Notes under the pieces: generated by a model | The model's input: only the letters and a program-made list of their open reading frames with translations | Told to the model about the DNA's origin: nothing | The model's database searches: none | Position numbers and translations under genes: made by a program | Shown here: positions 49,918 to 59,515 of the stretch, one piece after another | Layout: each line of letters starts with the position of its first letter | How positions within the stretch are numbered: position 1 is the first letter of the stretch | IMG/VR virus record: IMGVR_UViG_3300010346_000241 | Span: 32,001-96,000 of that record | Length of the DNA stretch: 64,000 nt | Source: a virus | Lineage: Duplodnaviria; Caudoviricetes | Reading direction: 5' to 3' (one strand)

Positions 49918-51981
49918 ATGGCTATTTTTTCTAATGAGCAGCTTGCCAAGATACTCAATGAGTCTAAGGAAAAGTCAGTTGCTCAGACAGTATCAGATAA
50001 CATCGACGAGCTCGGTGCTAAGATCGGTGAGGGTAAGGAGAAACTCAAGAACAACGTTAAGGAGAACCTTAAGAAGTCCAGGAGAACTCTCCATATAACC
50101 AAAGAGGGTTACACCATCACTAACGAAGAGACAGGTAAGTCTACTCAGGGATCTCTTCTTGAGGCTGAGATGATTACTAAAGACGGTTATACATTCCAGA
50201 GACTCTCTAAGAAGAAGACATCTGATAAGGACTTCATGAAAGCAAACTCTGATGTAATCATCGATGTCGACGGAGATAAGTATATCCTTATCAGTGGTCC
50301 CAACACTGGAGGTAAAGCTCTTGCTGGAGCTATCGGTGGTGGCGTTATAGGCGGTGCTTTAGGTACTGCTATTGGCGGAACTATCGGTGGTGTAACTGGA
50401 GAGAAGATCGGCGGTGTTACTGGTGCAGTTCTTCTTGGCGGCAAATGGGCTGACAAGGGTGCTAAGAAAGGCCAGAAGAAGGACAGAAAAGAATATACTT
50501 CAGAAGAGTTCCATGCTCTTGATACAGAGGGCTACATAATTCTCACTGAAGCTGACAAGCCTGTTCTTCTGAAGAACGGTATGCTCAAAGTCGGCAAAGC
50601 AATTCTTCGTCCTATAAAGAAGGGTGAAGAGAAGACTATGGAGTTCGGCCAGGGTGTCGTATTCCACGGTAAGAGATATGTATACCAGTCTGCTGAAGAT
50701 GCAAGAGACGCTATCCGTCATCCTGCAGGAGCAGTAATGGGTGCACTTGGTACTGCTGGAGGATCAGTTGGTGGAGCCATGATTGGCGGATCAGTTGGTG
50801 CTTCTGTAGGTGGTGCTATCGGTGGTGCTGCTGGTAAGATTGTCGGCGATGCTATAGATACTACTCGTACTGGTTCTAAGATAAAGAAGGGCTACAACAA
50901 AGCTCTTGATACTGAGTATCAGAAGATCAGCAAGAAAGTTAAGAAGGAAGACTTCGACTTTCGCTCAGTGTACAGAACACCTGAGTACAACAAAGCGATC
51001 ACAGTGTACTTCGATCTCGATGACCGCGAAACACGTAAGATTCTTCTCGCAGTTAATGAAGATGACCAAACTAAGGTACTTGTCTCTTTAACTTCAAAAC
51101 TATACGATAATGTAGTTGAAAGAGTTGATGATGTAGATTTTGGAGAGATACCATCTACTAAGGGTGATATCACTAAGCTCTCTAACTATCTCCGTCTTAT
51201 GGACTCTCTTGACACTATGAAGAATCTTCTTCTCGAGTATAAGCAGGACACTAAGCCTGTTGATACTATAAGAACGGCTATCTCTAACATCATCGATTCC
51301 ACATCGATCTGGAAGAGAGCATATGCCCTCAGTGTAGAACTTCCAATCGTGTTCTACAACTCAATCGTCCTGAGCATTATAGAGAGTACATCATATCTCA
51401 TCTCCATGTGTGTACAGTATATAAAGCTCCCAGGAACAGATACATTCCAAGCTACTATCGATAAGTCTGCTCTTGTCAAGACTAAGGATCATATGATCTT
51501 TGAGACTCTTGAGAAGTTCAACCAGGCTTACGATAAAGGACAGGTTACAAACGCTATGGAGTATGTAATCAAGTCCAACTCTAAGAACTTCATGGGTGAG
51601 CTTACAGTAGCAGGATCGGCTGTCGGCGTGATCGCTATCCTCTTTGCTATTGTACCTATACTCAGAGAAGTGATATTCCTGTTCTACTACAATAGAGTAA
51701 GGATATCAGAATACTTCGATATGCAAGCTGACATGCTTCAGATAAATGCATATAACGTAGAGCACTCTCGTTCTGATCTTAACAATGAGCAGAAGAAGAG
51801 CATCTCTACAAAGCAGATGAAGATTGCTGAACGCTTCCGTAGGATTTCATCTCACATCTCTATAGAAGTTAAGCAGTCTGAAGTCAAAGCAACCAAAGAA
51901 CTTACCAAGGAAAACAAGAAGTACCAAACCAAAGAAGTTCTTGATGAACTTCCTGACTCCGCCTCATCTGCCCTGTTCTAA
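49918..51981 (+). CDS. putative internal head protein with two glycine-zipper modules
   Basis: MAIFS N-terminus, two GxxxG-repeat stretches and a C-terminal helical domain with a hydrophobic segment. Confidence 0.55.
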   Translation: MAIFSNEQLAKILNESKEKSVAQTVSDNIDELGAKIGEGKEKLKNNVKENLKKSRRTLHITKEGYTITNEETGKSTQGSLLEAEMITKDGYTFQRLSKKKTSDKDFMKANSDVIIDVDGDKYILISGPNTGGKALAGAIGGGVIGGALGTAIGGTIGGVTGEKIGGVTGAVLLGGKWADKGAKKGQKKDRKEYTSEEFHALDTEGYIILTEADKPVLLKNGMLKVGKAILRPIKKGEEKTMEFGQGVVFHGKRYVYQSAEDARDAIRHPAGAVMGALGTAGGSVGGAMIGGSVGASVGGAIGGAAGKIVGDAIDTTRTGSKIKKGYNKALDTEYQKISKKVKKEDFDFRSVYRTPEYNKAITVYFDLDDRETRKILLAVNEDDQTKVLVSLTSKLYDNVVERVDDVDFGEIPSTKGDITKLSNYLRLMDSLDTMKNLLLEYKQDTKPVDTIRTAISNIIDSTSIWKRAYALSVELPIVFYNSIVLSIIESTSYLISMCVQYIKLPGTDTFQATIDKSALVKTKDHMIFETLEKFNQAYDKGQVTNAMEYVIKSNSKNFMGELTVAGSAVGVIAILFAIVPILREVIFLFYYNRVRISEYFDMQADMLQINAYNVEHSRSDLNNEQKKSISTKQMKIAERFRRISSHISIEVKQSEVKATKELTKENKKYQTKEVLDELPDSASSALF

Positions 51982-51996
51982 GCGACTGGGCAGACC

Positions 51997-52008
51997 AACA
52001 TATTAGTA
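51997..52008 (+). promoter_or_regulatory. late promoter motif AACA-N6-TA
   Basis: AACATATTAGTA. Confidence 0.72.
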
Positions 52009-52093
52009 AATCTTACGGTCTTATCATTAAGACCATAGGGAACTACTAATATACCATTAGGTAAAGAATACTACACAAAGGAGGAAACCATTT

Positions 52094-53347
52094 ATGGGTA
52101 TCTATTCAAATACTAGATACGATAATTTAGGCGACTACAACGTAGATGTAGCTGCTAACGAGTCATACAACTGTGTAACTGGTTGTGCAATGGCTCTTAT
52201 CGAAGGTTATCAGAATGACTTCGCACTCTTTGAGTCAGCTATCCACAGCGACATGGCTGAGATCGCTGCTGTAAACGAGGGTGTTGAGGTTATCAACGAA
52301 GGTGCCAAGGAAGTATGGAACAAGCTCAAGGAGATCTTCACCAAGCTTCTCGCTAAGATCAAGGGTATCTTCAAAGCATTCATCGCAAGAATCGGCGGCG
52401 TGTTCGCTGATAGCGCTAATCTCTACAAGAAGTACAGTCCTGTTATCTCAAAGAACAGCAACTGGAAGAGCTTCAAAGCAAAGGTAAGACCTTTCAAGGG
52501 CGATGGTTCGAACATCGTCGAGAAGATCAGCTCACTTGGTGAATATAAGTTCAAGTCAAACTATGCTATGAGCGGAATAGCTAATGTTCCTGGAATCGGC
52601 GGTTATGATAAACTCACTGATAAGGACAACGACATTGATCAGGATGATCTTTGCTCGGCAGTTTGCAATGCTTCACTCAACTCTGAGCTTGCTAACAATA
52701 TCTCAAAGCTTGATGACATAAACAAGGAGTTCACAGATCTTCTCTTCGATGATGAAGAGACTAAGGATGAGTGGACTACTGGCGATATTCTTCATTCTTA
52801 CATCGGCGGTCTTCTCAAAGACGCAACCAAGAATGAGACTACTATCAAGAAGTACAACGCAAATATGGAGACAACTATCGAGAGAATCATTAAGCAGATC
52901 AACAAGGAAGCTGAGAATGTTACTAAGGCTCTCTCAAACGTTAATCTCCAGAACGGCAAGACACCTAACAGCTATGCTCAGGGTTCTGTAGGAGTGTCAG
53001 ATGCCGATTCTACTGGTAAGACAAGAGGATCCGCTGCTAAGAAAAATGACACTATTGGTAAAAACGGTAATACCGTTGACTGGAATAAGAAAGAAAGCCT
53101 CGAGAAACTCGAGCGTCTTGCTGGTTTCTGGCAGCGTTATGCTAACATGGAGCAGGCTGTAATCAACAAGCTTACTGCAGCTCGTCTCGGTGCTTACAAG
53201 TTCGCTATCACACAGGCTCGTCGTGTGTTCTCTTCTGCAGCTGCTTATGCTTCTGTAGATCACAAGAACGAGTCTTATGACTACTACACAGCAATCGGAG
53301 AGGCTGTAGAGTACGATACTCTGTCAGATCTCCAGGCTGTATGCTAA
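52094..53347 (+). CDS. internal head protein paralog 1
   Basis: MGIYS start; VINE-GAKEVWNKLKEIFTKLLAKIKGIF amphipathic motif shared with the next three genes; high-expression codons. Confidence 0.65.
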   Translation: MGIYSNTRYDNLGDYNVDVAANESYNCVTGCAMALIEGYQNDFALFESAIHSDMAEIAAVNEGVEVINEGAKEVWNKLKEIFTKLLAKIKGIFKAFIARIGGVFADSANLYKKYSPVISKNSNWKSFKAKVRPFKGDGSNIVEKISSLGEYKFKSNYAMSGIANVPGIGGYDKLTDKDNDIDQDDLCSAVCNASLNSELANNISKLDDINKEFTDLLFDDEETKDEWTTGDILHSYIGGLLKDATKNETTIKKYNANMETTIERIIKQINKEAENVTKALSNVNLQNGKTPNSYAQGSVGVSDADSTGKTRGSAAKKNDTIGKNGNTVDWNKKESLEKLERLAGFWQRYANMEQAVINKLTAARLGAYKFAITQARRVFSSAAAYASVDHKNESYDYYTAIGEAVEYDTLSDLQAVC

Positions 53348-53366
53348 GGAAAGGAGGACACACATT

Positions 53367-54599
53367 ATGGGAATCTATTCTAACTTCAACACTTCATCTA
53401 TAGATGATGGTAGCTTCACACCTAGAGATCTCTTCGCAGAGTGCGGTGAGACTGCTACATATGAAGAGCTTGCACTTGCTATGGTAGCTGAGAGCGAGCA
53501 GAATTACATCTCTATCATGAAGGCTATTGCTATCAATGAAGTAAACTACTTCGCTCAGAACGGCGAGGAGATCGTTTACGAGGCAGGCGGTGTGTCTGGC
53601 ATCTTCAACAAGATCAAGGAGTTCTTCAAGAAGCTCATTGAAAAGGTTCGTCAGATTCTTCACTCATTCATCGCTAAGCTTTCTTCTTTCGCAAGCAGCG
53701 ACTCTTCTTTCGTACAGAAGTACCAGAAGGAGTTCTCTGAAAAGTGGAACAAGATAAAGAGCGACTATGAGTTCAGCGGATATAAGTTCACTGTAAAGAC
53801 AGACGCTGCTCTTGATAGAGCAAACATCAAGAGCGGTGCTGTTGAGGCAGTTGCTGCATGCTGCGATAACTCTGCTGAGGCTGCTGTAAAGGCTGCTGTT
53901 GGCGTAACAAGCCTTAACGATATTCTCAATGTCAGCGGCGATCTTAAGAAGATCCTTGACTCTATAAGAGATAACAAGGACGATATCCAGGAAGCTATGA
54001 GAGGTAAAGTAGCTAATGTAGTTACTACTAGCTTCTCATCTGGTACAGCTACAGCTTCTGGTTCTAAGTTATCTGCTTCAGAGTTCTCAAAGGAGCTCTT
54101 TGAGAAATTCCGTGGCGGTGAAGAGAACAAGCAGAGCCTCGAGCTTAAGAAGGAGTTCTCAGTTGCCGACATCGTTGGTGACGTAAAGAACACTGATAAG
54201 TTCAAGAAGGCTGCTCAGAAGTTCACTGATGCTGTTGTTAAGGGCCTCAACGACGAAATCAAGGTTCTTGATAAGCTCGAGAAGGATATCGTTAAGATTC
54301 AGACTGGCGATGATATTAAGGCTAAGAGCGGCAACGACAAGACAGCTGCTTCTAATAGCGCTTCAAATGTTCTCGGTCTCGTATCAGAGGCAAATGGCCT
54401 TATCAAGGATTACTCTTCTTACTATGTACAGGCTAACGGTATCTACCTCCAGGCTATAGCTGACAGAAATCGTCAGGCTAAGGCTATCATGGTTAAGGTT
54501 ATCGGCAGTACAAAGAAGATGACAGAATCTTACGACGAGGATGAACACGAGGGAGTTGCTGAGTCAGTTAACTACTTCGACAAGATCGTTCTCAAGTAA
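53367..54599 (+). CDS. internal head protein paralog 2
   Basis: MGIYS start; IVYE-AGGVSGIFNKIKEFFKKLIEKV; YEFSGYKF. Confidence 0.65.
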   Translation: MGIYSNFNTSSIDDGSFTPRDLFAECGETATYEELALAMVAESEQNYISIMKAIAINEVNYFAQNGEEIVYEAGGVSGIFNKIKEFFKKLIEKVRQILHSFIAKLSSFASSDSSFVQKYQKEFSEKWNKIKSDYEFSGYKFTVKTDAALDRANIKSGAVEAVAACCDNSAEAAVKAAVGVTSLNDILNVSGDLKKILDSIRDNKDDIQEAMRGKVANVVTTSFSSGTATASGSKLSASEFSKELFEKFRGGEENKQSLELKKEFSVADIVGDVKNTDKFKKAAQKFTDAVVKGLNDEIKVLDKLEKDIVKIQTGDDIKAKSGNDKTAASNSASNVLGLVSEANGLIKDYSSYYVQANGIYLQAIADRNRQAKAIMVKVIGSTKKMTESYDEDEHEGVAESVNYFDKIVLK

Positions 54600-54642
54600 T
54601 CGGCTCTGATCTACATCACAATTATACACAAGCAATATAGAG

Positions 54643-54676
54643 TCGGGAGGGCCAATAGACCCTCCCGATTTTCTTT
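54643..54676 (+). terminator. intrinsic terminator
   Basis: TCGGGAGGG...CCCTCCCGA followed by TTTTCTTT, then a late motif at 54682-54693. Confidence 0.7.
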
Positions 54677-54717
54677 GTCTTAACTTTATAGTAATACATA
54701 CGAAAGGAGAGAAGTCT

Positions 54718-55950
54718 ATGTCACTTTTCAAAGTTGACTTTGCTGCTCTGTCCAGTGTTCCCAATAGATCCCGTTCAGAGGCTTCTGGAGACACTACTAT
54801 TCACGAGCATGCATTCTCAAGTGCTTTAGCTATAGACAACCTGGCTACTGCAGAAGCAGAAGCTTCTTACGACTATATGTCTGAGTGTTATGCATTCCTC
54901 TCAGGCTATAACCGTTCATACTTCGATGCTTCTAAGCAGCTTTACAAAACTATCATGGAAAGCTGTGACTCACCTGAAGTGATTCATGAAGGCTTTGGTG
55001 ATTTCTTTGGTAAGGTCAAAGAGATCATCAAGAAGTTCCTTGCTTGGATCAAGAAGATCTTCAACAAGTTCATTGCTAAGATGAACAGTATGTTCAAGGC
55101 TGAAGGATATCTTAAGAAGAACAAGAATGAGTTCTCCAAGTTCAAAACTGAAGATGAGTTCGAGTTCGAAGGATATAAGTTCACCAACCTCTACGATGGT
55201 GGTAATGTCCCAGTAATCACTACTTTGGGTCTTGATATGGATAACACCAACAATACTCTTAAAGATGCTTTCGGTAGTGGTACACTCAACTATGATGTAC
55301 TCAAAAGCAAGTATGATGCTTTTGATGATACTAAGGAAGATTTCTTTGATGCTTTCAGAGGTAAGGTTCTCGGCGACAATACAGACATTCCCGCAAGTCA
55401 GTTCGAAGAGGAGTGCTTCCTCAAGTTCAGAGATGACTCTAAGGATAAGAGTAAGTTCACTATCACTTCATCTGAAGTAAGTGCGGCTTATACGAGATTC
55501 GATGGTTATGAGAAGCTCAAGAAGTCTGTCGAGAAGACAAGGAATGATATCGACAAGGAGTATGGTGCTCTCGAGAGATACTTCGAGAAGTCATATAAAC
55601 TGTCTAAGGATTCATTCAAGATCACAGATTACAGTGGTTCTCATGCTTCATATGTCGATGCCCAGAAGACACATCTTGGTATGGATGGATATGACGATGA
55701 GAAAAGGTATGCAGATACTCTTGCAAATGGAAATCCTGGTACTAAGACTAAGGCTACTGCTGCTGAACAGAAGGCACTTATCGAATCGTTCCTTAGAGCT
55801 CGTGCTGCTCAGGTAAACCAGATGAGTAATATCCACGGTATTGCATTCTCTGCTAAGCTGACTGCTGCTAAGGATTGCTTCAATCAGGATAAGGCTATTC
55901 TGTACAAGGCCCTCTCAAAGATTAAGGGCCATAAAGCAGATACTATATAA
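54718..55950 (+). CDS. internal head protein paralog 3
   Basis: IHE-GFGDFFGKVKEIIKKFLAWIKKIF; FEFEGYKF. Confidence 0.65.
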   Translation: MSLFKVDFAALSSVPNRSRSEASGDTTIHEHAFSSALAIDNLATAEAEASYDYMSECYAFLSGYNRSYFDASKQLYKTIMESCDSPEVIHEGFGDFFGKVKEIIKKFLAWIKKIFNKFIAKMNSMFKAEGYLKKNKNEFSKFKTEDEFEFEGYKFTNLYDGGNVPVITTLGLDMDNTNNTLKDAFGSGTLNYDVLKSKYDAFDDTKEDFFDAFRGKVLGDNTDIPASQFEEECFLKFRDDSKDKSKFTITSSEVSAAYTRFDGYEKLKKSVEKTRNDIDKEYGALERYFEKSYKLSKDSFKITDYSGSHASYVDAQKTHLGMDGYDDEKRYADTLANGNPGTKTKATAAEQKALIESFLRARAAQVNQMSNIHGIAFSAKLTAAKDCFNQDKAILYKALSKIKGHKADTI

Positions 55951-55967
55951 GAAGGGAGGATAAGACT

Positions 55968-57431
55968 ATGTACGAAAGTAGATATACTGATATAATAGCT
56001 CATGAGTACTATCTCTTAGATCTTGAGCTTCAGCAGGCTGACATGACAAGATACGTTAACGAGTGTGTAATCCTCTCTGGTACTGATAAGAGAAAGGCTA
56101 TCGAGGAGATGGCTATCTTCAACGAAGGAGCACTCGGCGACAAGTTCAAGAAGGTATGGGCAAGAATCAAGTCCTTCTTCGCTAAGATCTATCAGAAGTT
56201 CCTTGAGAGTCTTCAGGCTTGGGCGAGTGATAATATTACTTATCTTAAGCAGTATGGTAATATCATTCTCGAGAAGAAGTGTAAGATCGCTAATGCTAAG
56301 ATGCAGAATCACTTCAACGGAATGAAGCTTTATGAGCAAAAGCTTCTGCCCAATGTAAAAACTATCTTCACAACAATACCAGACTTCACTGAGTTAGAGA
56401 AGATATCTAACACTCTTGCTAATATCACTAAAGAGACCGACAAAGTTGCTAAGGGACAGGAAGCTGTAGATGCATATACATTACAACAGCAGAATGTCGT
56501 AGCAAAAGCTCTTACAGGAAACGATAACGATTCGGATCTTATAGATTCTAACGATACAGCTGGCTTCGGCGGTCGTATTCGTAACTGGCTGAATGGAGGA
56601 GAAACTGTAGAAGACTTCTCTGGTTCAGATCTTGAAGAGCATATGGAGACTATGTACAACTTCCTCTACAGATACGACGCTACAGTAGAAGGTCTTAAGA
56701 AGATTAAAGACGCATTTGACCAGGGTATGACTAACATCGAAACTTCATATAAGAAAGGTTTCGATGAGATGAAGAAGAAGGTTAAGGACGATCTCAACAA
56801 TGGCGATAATGCTAAAATAGCTAAGTCCAAAGCTGCAGTGGATGCCGACAATGTCAAAAAGAGTGATACTCTTGGTCAAGAGCTCAAAAATGTTCAAGAT
56901 GACGCTAAGAAGGCCTCTGCAGAACTCAAGAGACAGCCTCAGAACTCAGCGTACTCATATGTGTACGGTAGAGTCATATCGGAAGCTGAGACTACGATGA
57001 GTACTGGATCTAACAGTACAACTAGCACAGTATCTGGAGGAGGTGCTGGTAAAGATACTAAGAATCTTGACACTGCTAATAAGTCTGATAGACAGAGCAG
57101 TTCAGAGACTTCTAAGACAGTGAAAGCTGATGCTACTACTGGAAAGACTGTAGGAACTGGTGCAGGAGCAAGTGCTGCAGTTAATATTGCTGGACAGACT
57201 GGCGTAAAGAATGAGGATCTTGAAAATTACGAAACTAACGCTTTATCTATGGTGAGAGCTTGGGGTAATGCAAGATCTATCTGTATGGGTGCAGCACTCA
57301 ACATGCTTTCTGATACCCGTAAAGATTACATGGACATCATTAGAGCTCATGTAAGATCATGGGTAGGACAGACTGCTGGTCCTGATCAGAATGTCGAAGC
57401 CAAACCTAGTGGTAATGTTAATAGAGCATAA
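55968..57431 (+). CDS. internal head protein paralog 4
   Basis: IFNE-GALGDKFKKVWARIKSFFAKI. Confidence 0.6.
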   Translation: MYESRYTDIIAHEYYLLDLELQQADMTRYVNECVILSGTDKRKAIEEMAIFNEGALGDKFKKVWARIKSFFAKIYQKFLESLQAWASDNITYLKQYGNIILEKKCKIANAKMQNHFNGMKLYEQKLLPNVKTIFTTIPDFTELEKISNTLANITKETDKVAKGQEAVDAYTLQQQNVVAKALTGNDNDSDLIDSNDTAGFGGRIRNWLNGGETVEDFSGSDLEEHMETMYNFLYRYDATVEGLKKIKDAFDQGMTNIETSYKKGFDEMKKKVKDDLNNGDNAKIAKSKAAVDADNVKKSDTLGQELKNVQDDAKKASAELKRQPQNSAYSYVYGRVISEAETTMSTGSNSTTSTVSGGGAGKDTKNLDTANKSDRQSSSETSKTVKADATTGKTVGTGAGASAAVNIAGQTGVKNEDLENYETNALSMVRAWGNARSICMGAALNMLSDTRKDYMDIIRAHVRSWVGQTAGPDQNVEAKPSGNVNRA

Positions 57432-57436
57432 ACTTT

Positions 57437-57461
57437 TCGGAGAGGGAAGTTCCCTCTCCGA
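57437..57461. terminator. hairpin between convergent genes
   Basis: TCGGAGAGGGA-AGT-TCCCTCTCCGA. Confidence 0.7.
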
Positions 57462-57465
57462 TTCT

Positions 57466-58656
57466 TTATATCTTCTTGAACAACAGTATCGTTGTCATTA
57501 CGAAGTACTCATTCTGCTTTACGAAGAACTGTTTCACTGCACTCAGAAGGTATCTTCCACTATACTCTTCATGGTCTTCATCCATAGTGATAATGTACTC
57601 CTTGTTCATAGTGAAGATGCTGGCATCAAGGTCGTTCTTAGTGATACTGAGGAAGACATTGTTCAGCTCGTAATCTGCAGTGATATTGTTGATAGCATTC
57701 TGGTCATTATTACTCAGATTCACTATCTTGTTCATCATAGTGGTCACGTTAGTATCGTTACCCTCTATCAACTTCTCCTTCACATTACCGCTGCTATCTA
57801 TGGTTGTGATCTTGTTCACCATCTTGTTAGTCACGTTATTTTTTGTGAAGTTGATGTTTGCTAATGGTACATCCATGATATACTTACCATTCCTTGCATC
57901 TACTACCATACCAGACTCAGAGTCTTCATCAGGTATAATATTAGTCACATTGATCTCAACCGTAAAGATGTTCTGGTTCTTTGTCTGTATAGGCTTTCCC
58001 TTACTAGACACTATGTATGTCATGTCGAAGTCTATGAAGAACCTATATCCAGTATCATAGAAAACTGACAGGTTGTTGTTGAGGAATGCTATGTACTGAG
58101 CTATGCTATTTGTAGGAGGTATGATAATCTGGTCATACTTATTATCATAGTCTACTGGCTCTAGTACAGTGTTTCCCACATAATCGGTTATCTGAAGTAT
58201 CAGTGAGTTTGTAGTGGCATTCTTGAAGATACCATTGATAACCTTGCGGTTGTTGTTCACTGCATCCTGCTGAATCAGCCACATAGTAACCTCTTTATAC
58301 TTCTCTCTTGTATGCTCTTGTCCATTGCCATAATCTATCTCTGCAGTTTGAGAGATGTCATCTCCTAAGAAGTAGATGAAACGATCATGGAAGTACTTCT
58401 TAGTGATATTGTCGTTTTGGTTAGAGGCATCATATCTGAAGATACCCAACTCTACGATGTTCTCATTAGTATTCTGTATCATCATGTCCAGTATATCTCT
58501 TTCGATGTTGCAGTTCACTGCTATGACAGGCATGTTGTTACTATCGAAAGTTCTATCTATACCTACATATTGTATCTGCTGTGGGTCTATAGCTATCTCA
58601 TATCCGAAGTGGATGTAGCTAAGAGTCACTTTGTATCTATACGATTCAAGTGCCAT
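57466..58656 (-). CDS. putative baseplate hub-like virion protein
   Basis: ATG 58656 after GAAAGGAG; TACA-N6-TA motif at 58677-58688. Beta-rich, with a C-terminal YSGRYLLSAVKQFF resembling gp27/hub family ends. Confidence 0.5.
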   Translation of the reverse strand: MALESYRYKVTLSYIHFGYEIAIDPQQIQYVGIDRTFDSNNMPVIAVNCNIERDILDMMIQNTNENIVELGIFRYDASNQNDNITKKYFHDRFIYFLGDDISQTAEIDYGNGQEHTREKYKEVTMWLIQQDAVNNNRKVINGIFKNATTNSLILQITDYVGNTVLEPVDYDNKYDQIIIPPTNSIAQYIAFLNNNLSVFYDTGYRFFIDFDMTYIVSSKGKPIQTKNQNIFTVEINVTNIIPDEDSESGMVVDARNGKYIMDVPLANINFTKNNVTNKMVNKITTIDSSGNVKEKLIEGNDTNVTTMMNKIVNLSNNDQNAINNITADYELNNVFLSITKNDLDASIFTMNKEYIITMDEDHEEYSGRYLLSAVKQFFVKQNEYFVMTTILLFKKI

Positions 58657-58740
58657 GAGATCACTCCTTTCATACTTATTAAGATGTACACGGATAAGAA
58701 AAAACAAAGCGTGAGAGGGCACAAGAGTGCCGAGACAGGA

Positions 58741-58986
58741 TTAACCTGTCCCAGCAATTCTTGTATATACATAATACCCCAACACTATCAGCAGGAATGC
58801 TGCTATGAAGAATGATATAGAGATAATGATAAGTATCCTCCATCCATGAAGTCTTTCCTTCTCACTCATAGCATTCTTCTTACACTGGAATGCTTTCTTC
58901 ATGTTATCCATCCCTATATAGATACATGATCCAGCAATCACAAAGAGTAGAGTCTTAATGACTCTAAGAATAACATCATGAGTCAT
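58741..58986 (-). CDS. small two-TM membrane protein
   Basis: 81 aa with two hydrophobic segments. Confidence 0.55.
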   Translation of the reverse strand: MTHDVILRVIKTLLFVIAGSCIYIGMDNMKKAFQCKKNAMSEKERLHGWRILIIISISFFIAAFLLIVLGYYVYTRIAGTG

Positions 58987-59025
58987 ATAATCTTACCATC
59001 CTCTCTATCATCATCGTTTTCTTCC

Positions 59026-59499
59026 TTATTCCATATGTTTTTCGATTACATCGAGAAGTGGATGCTGATAACCAAAGCCGAACAGACTCTCTAGATCTTT
59101 GTTCTCTTCACTATTACTAAGAGCTTCAACGAATGTGGGCTCACCAATCGAAAACACAGGATGCATGTTTCCTTCTACACTCTCATGAGCGATTCTAATG
59201 AAACGCTTATACATTACTTCTACCATAAGCTTAGCAAGCTGCTCATGTGTAGAATCTACACAGAAGATTACATGAAGAGTACTTCCGTCATACTCATCAT
59301 CACTAGGAGCATTGTTACAGTAAAGCATAAGAGCAGCTATATCATAGTGCTCCATAATGTGGTACTTAACCACATTAAAGTAGTGTCCCTTAAACTGGTC
59401 GATCATAGCTTTCATTCTCTTATCGTCCAGATTGTTCACAGTTTCTATAGCAATAGTACTTGTGAATTTGTCCTTCTTATCTTCGTTGAATAAGTTCAT
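59026..59499 (-). CDS. hypothetical protein
   Basis: ATG 59499 after GGGAGGA. Confidence 0.6.
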   Translation of the reverse strand: MNLFNEDKKDKFTSTIAIETVNNLDDKRMKAMIDQFKGHYFNVVKYHIMEHYDIAALMLYCNNAPSDDEYDGSTLHVIFCVDSTHEQLAKLMVEVMYKRFIRIAHESVEGNMHPVFSIGEPTFVEALSNSEENKDLESLFGFGYQHPLLDVIEKHME

Positions 59500-59515
59500 A
59501 ACTATTCCTCCCATC

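Noticed and set aside
58741-58986. Holin
   Set aside because: It has two TM segments, but no adjacent endolysin and it lies in a non-structural operon; left as a membrane protein.
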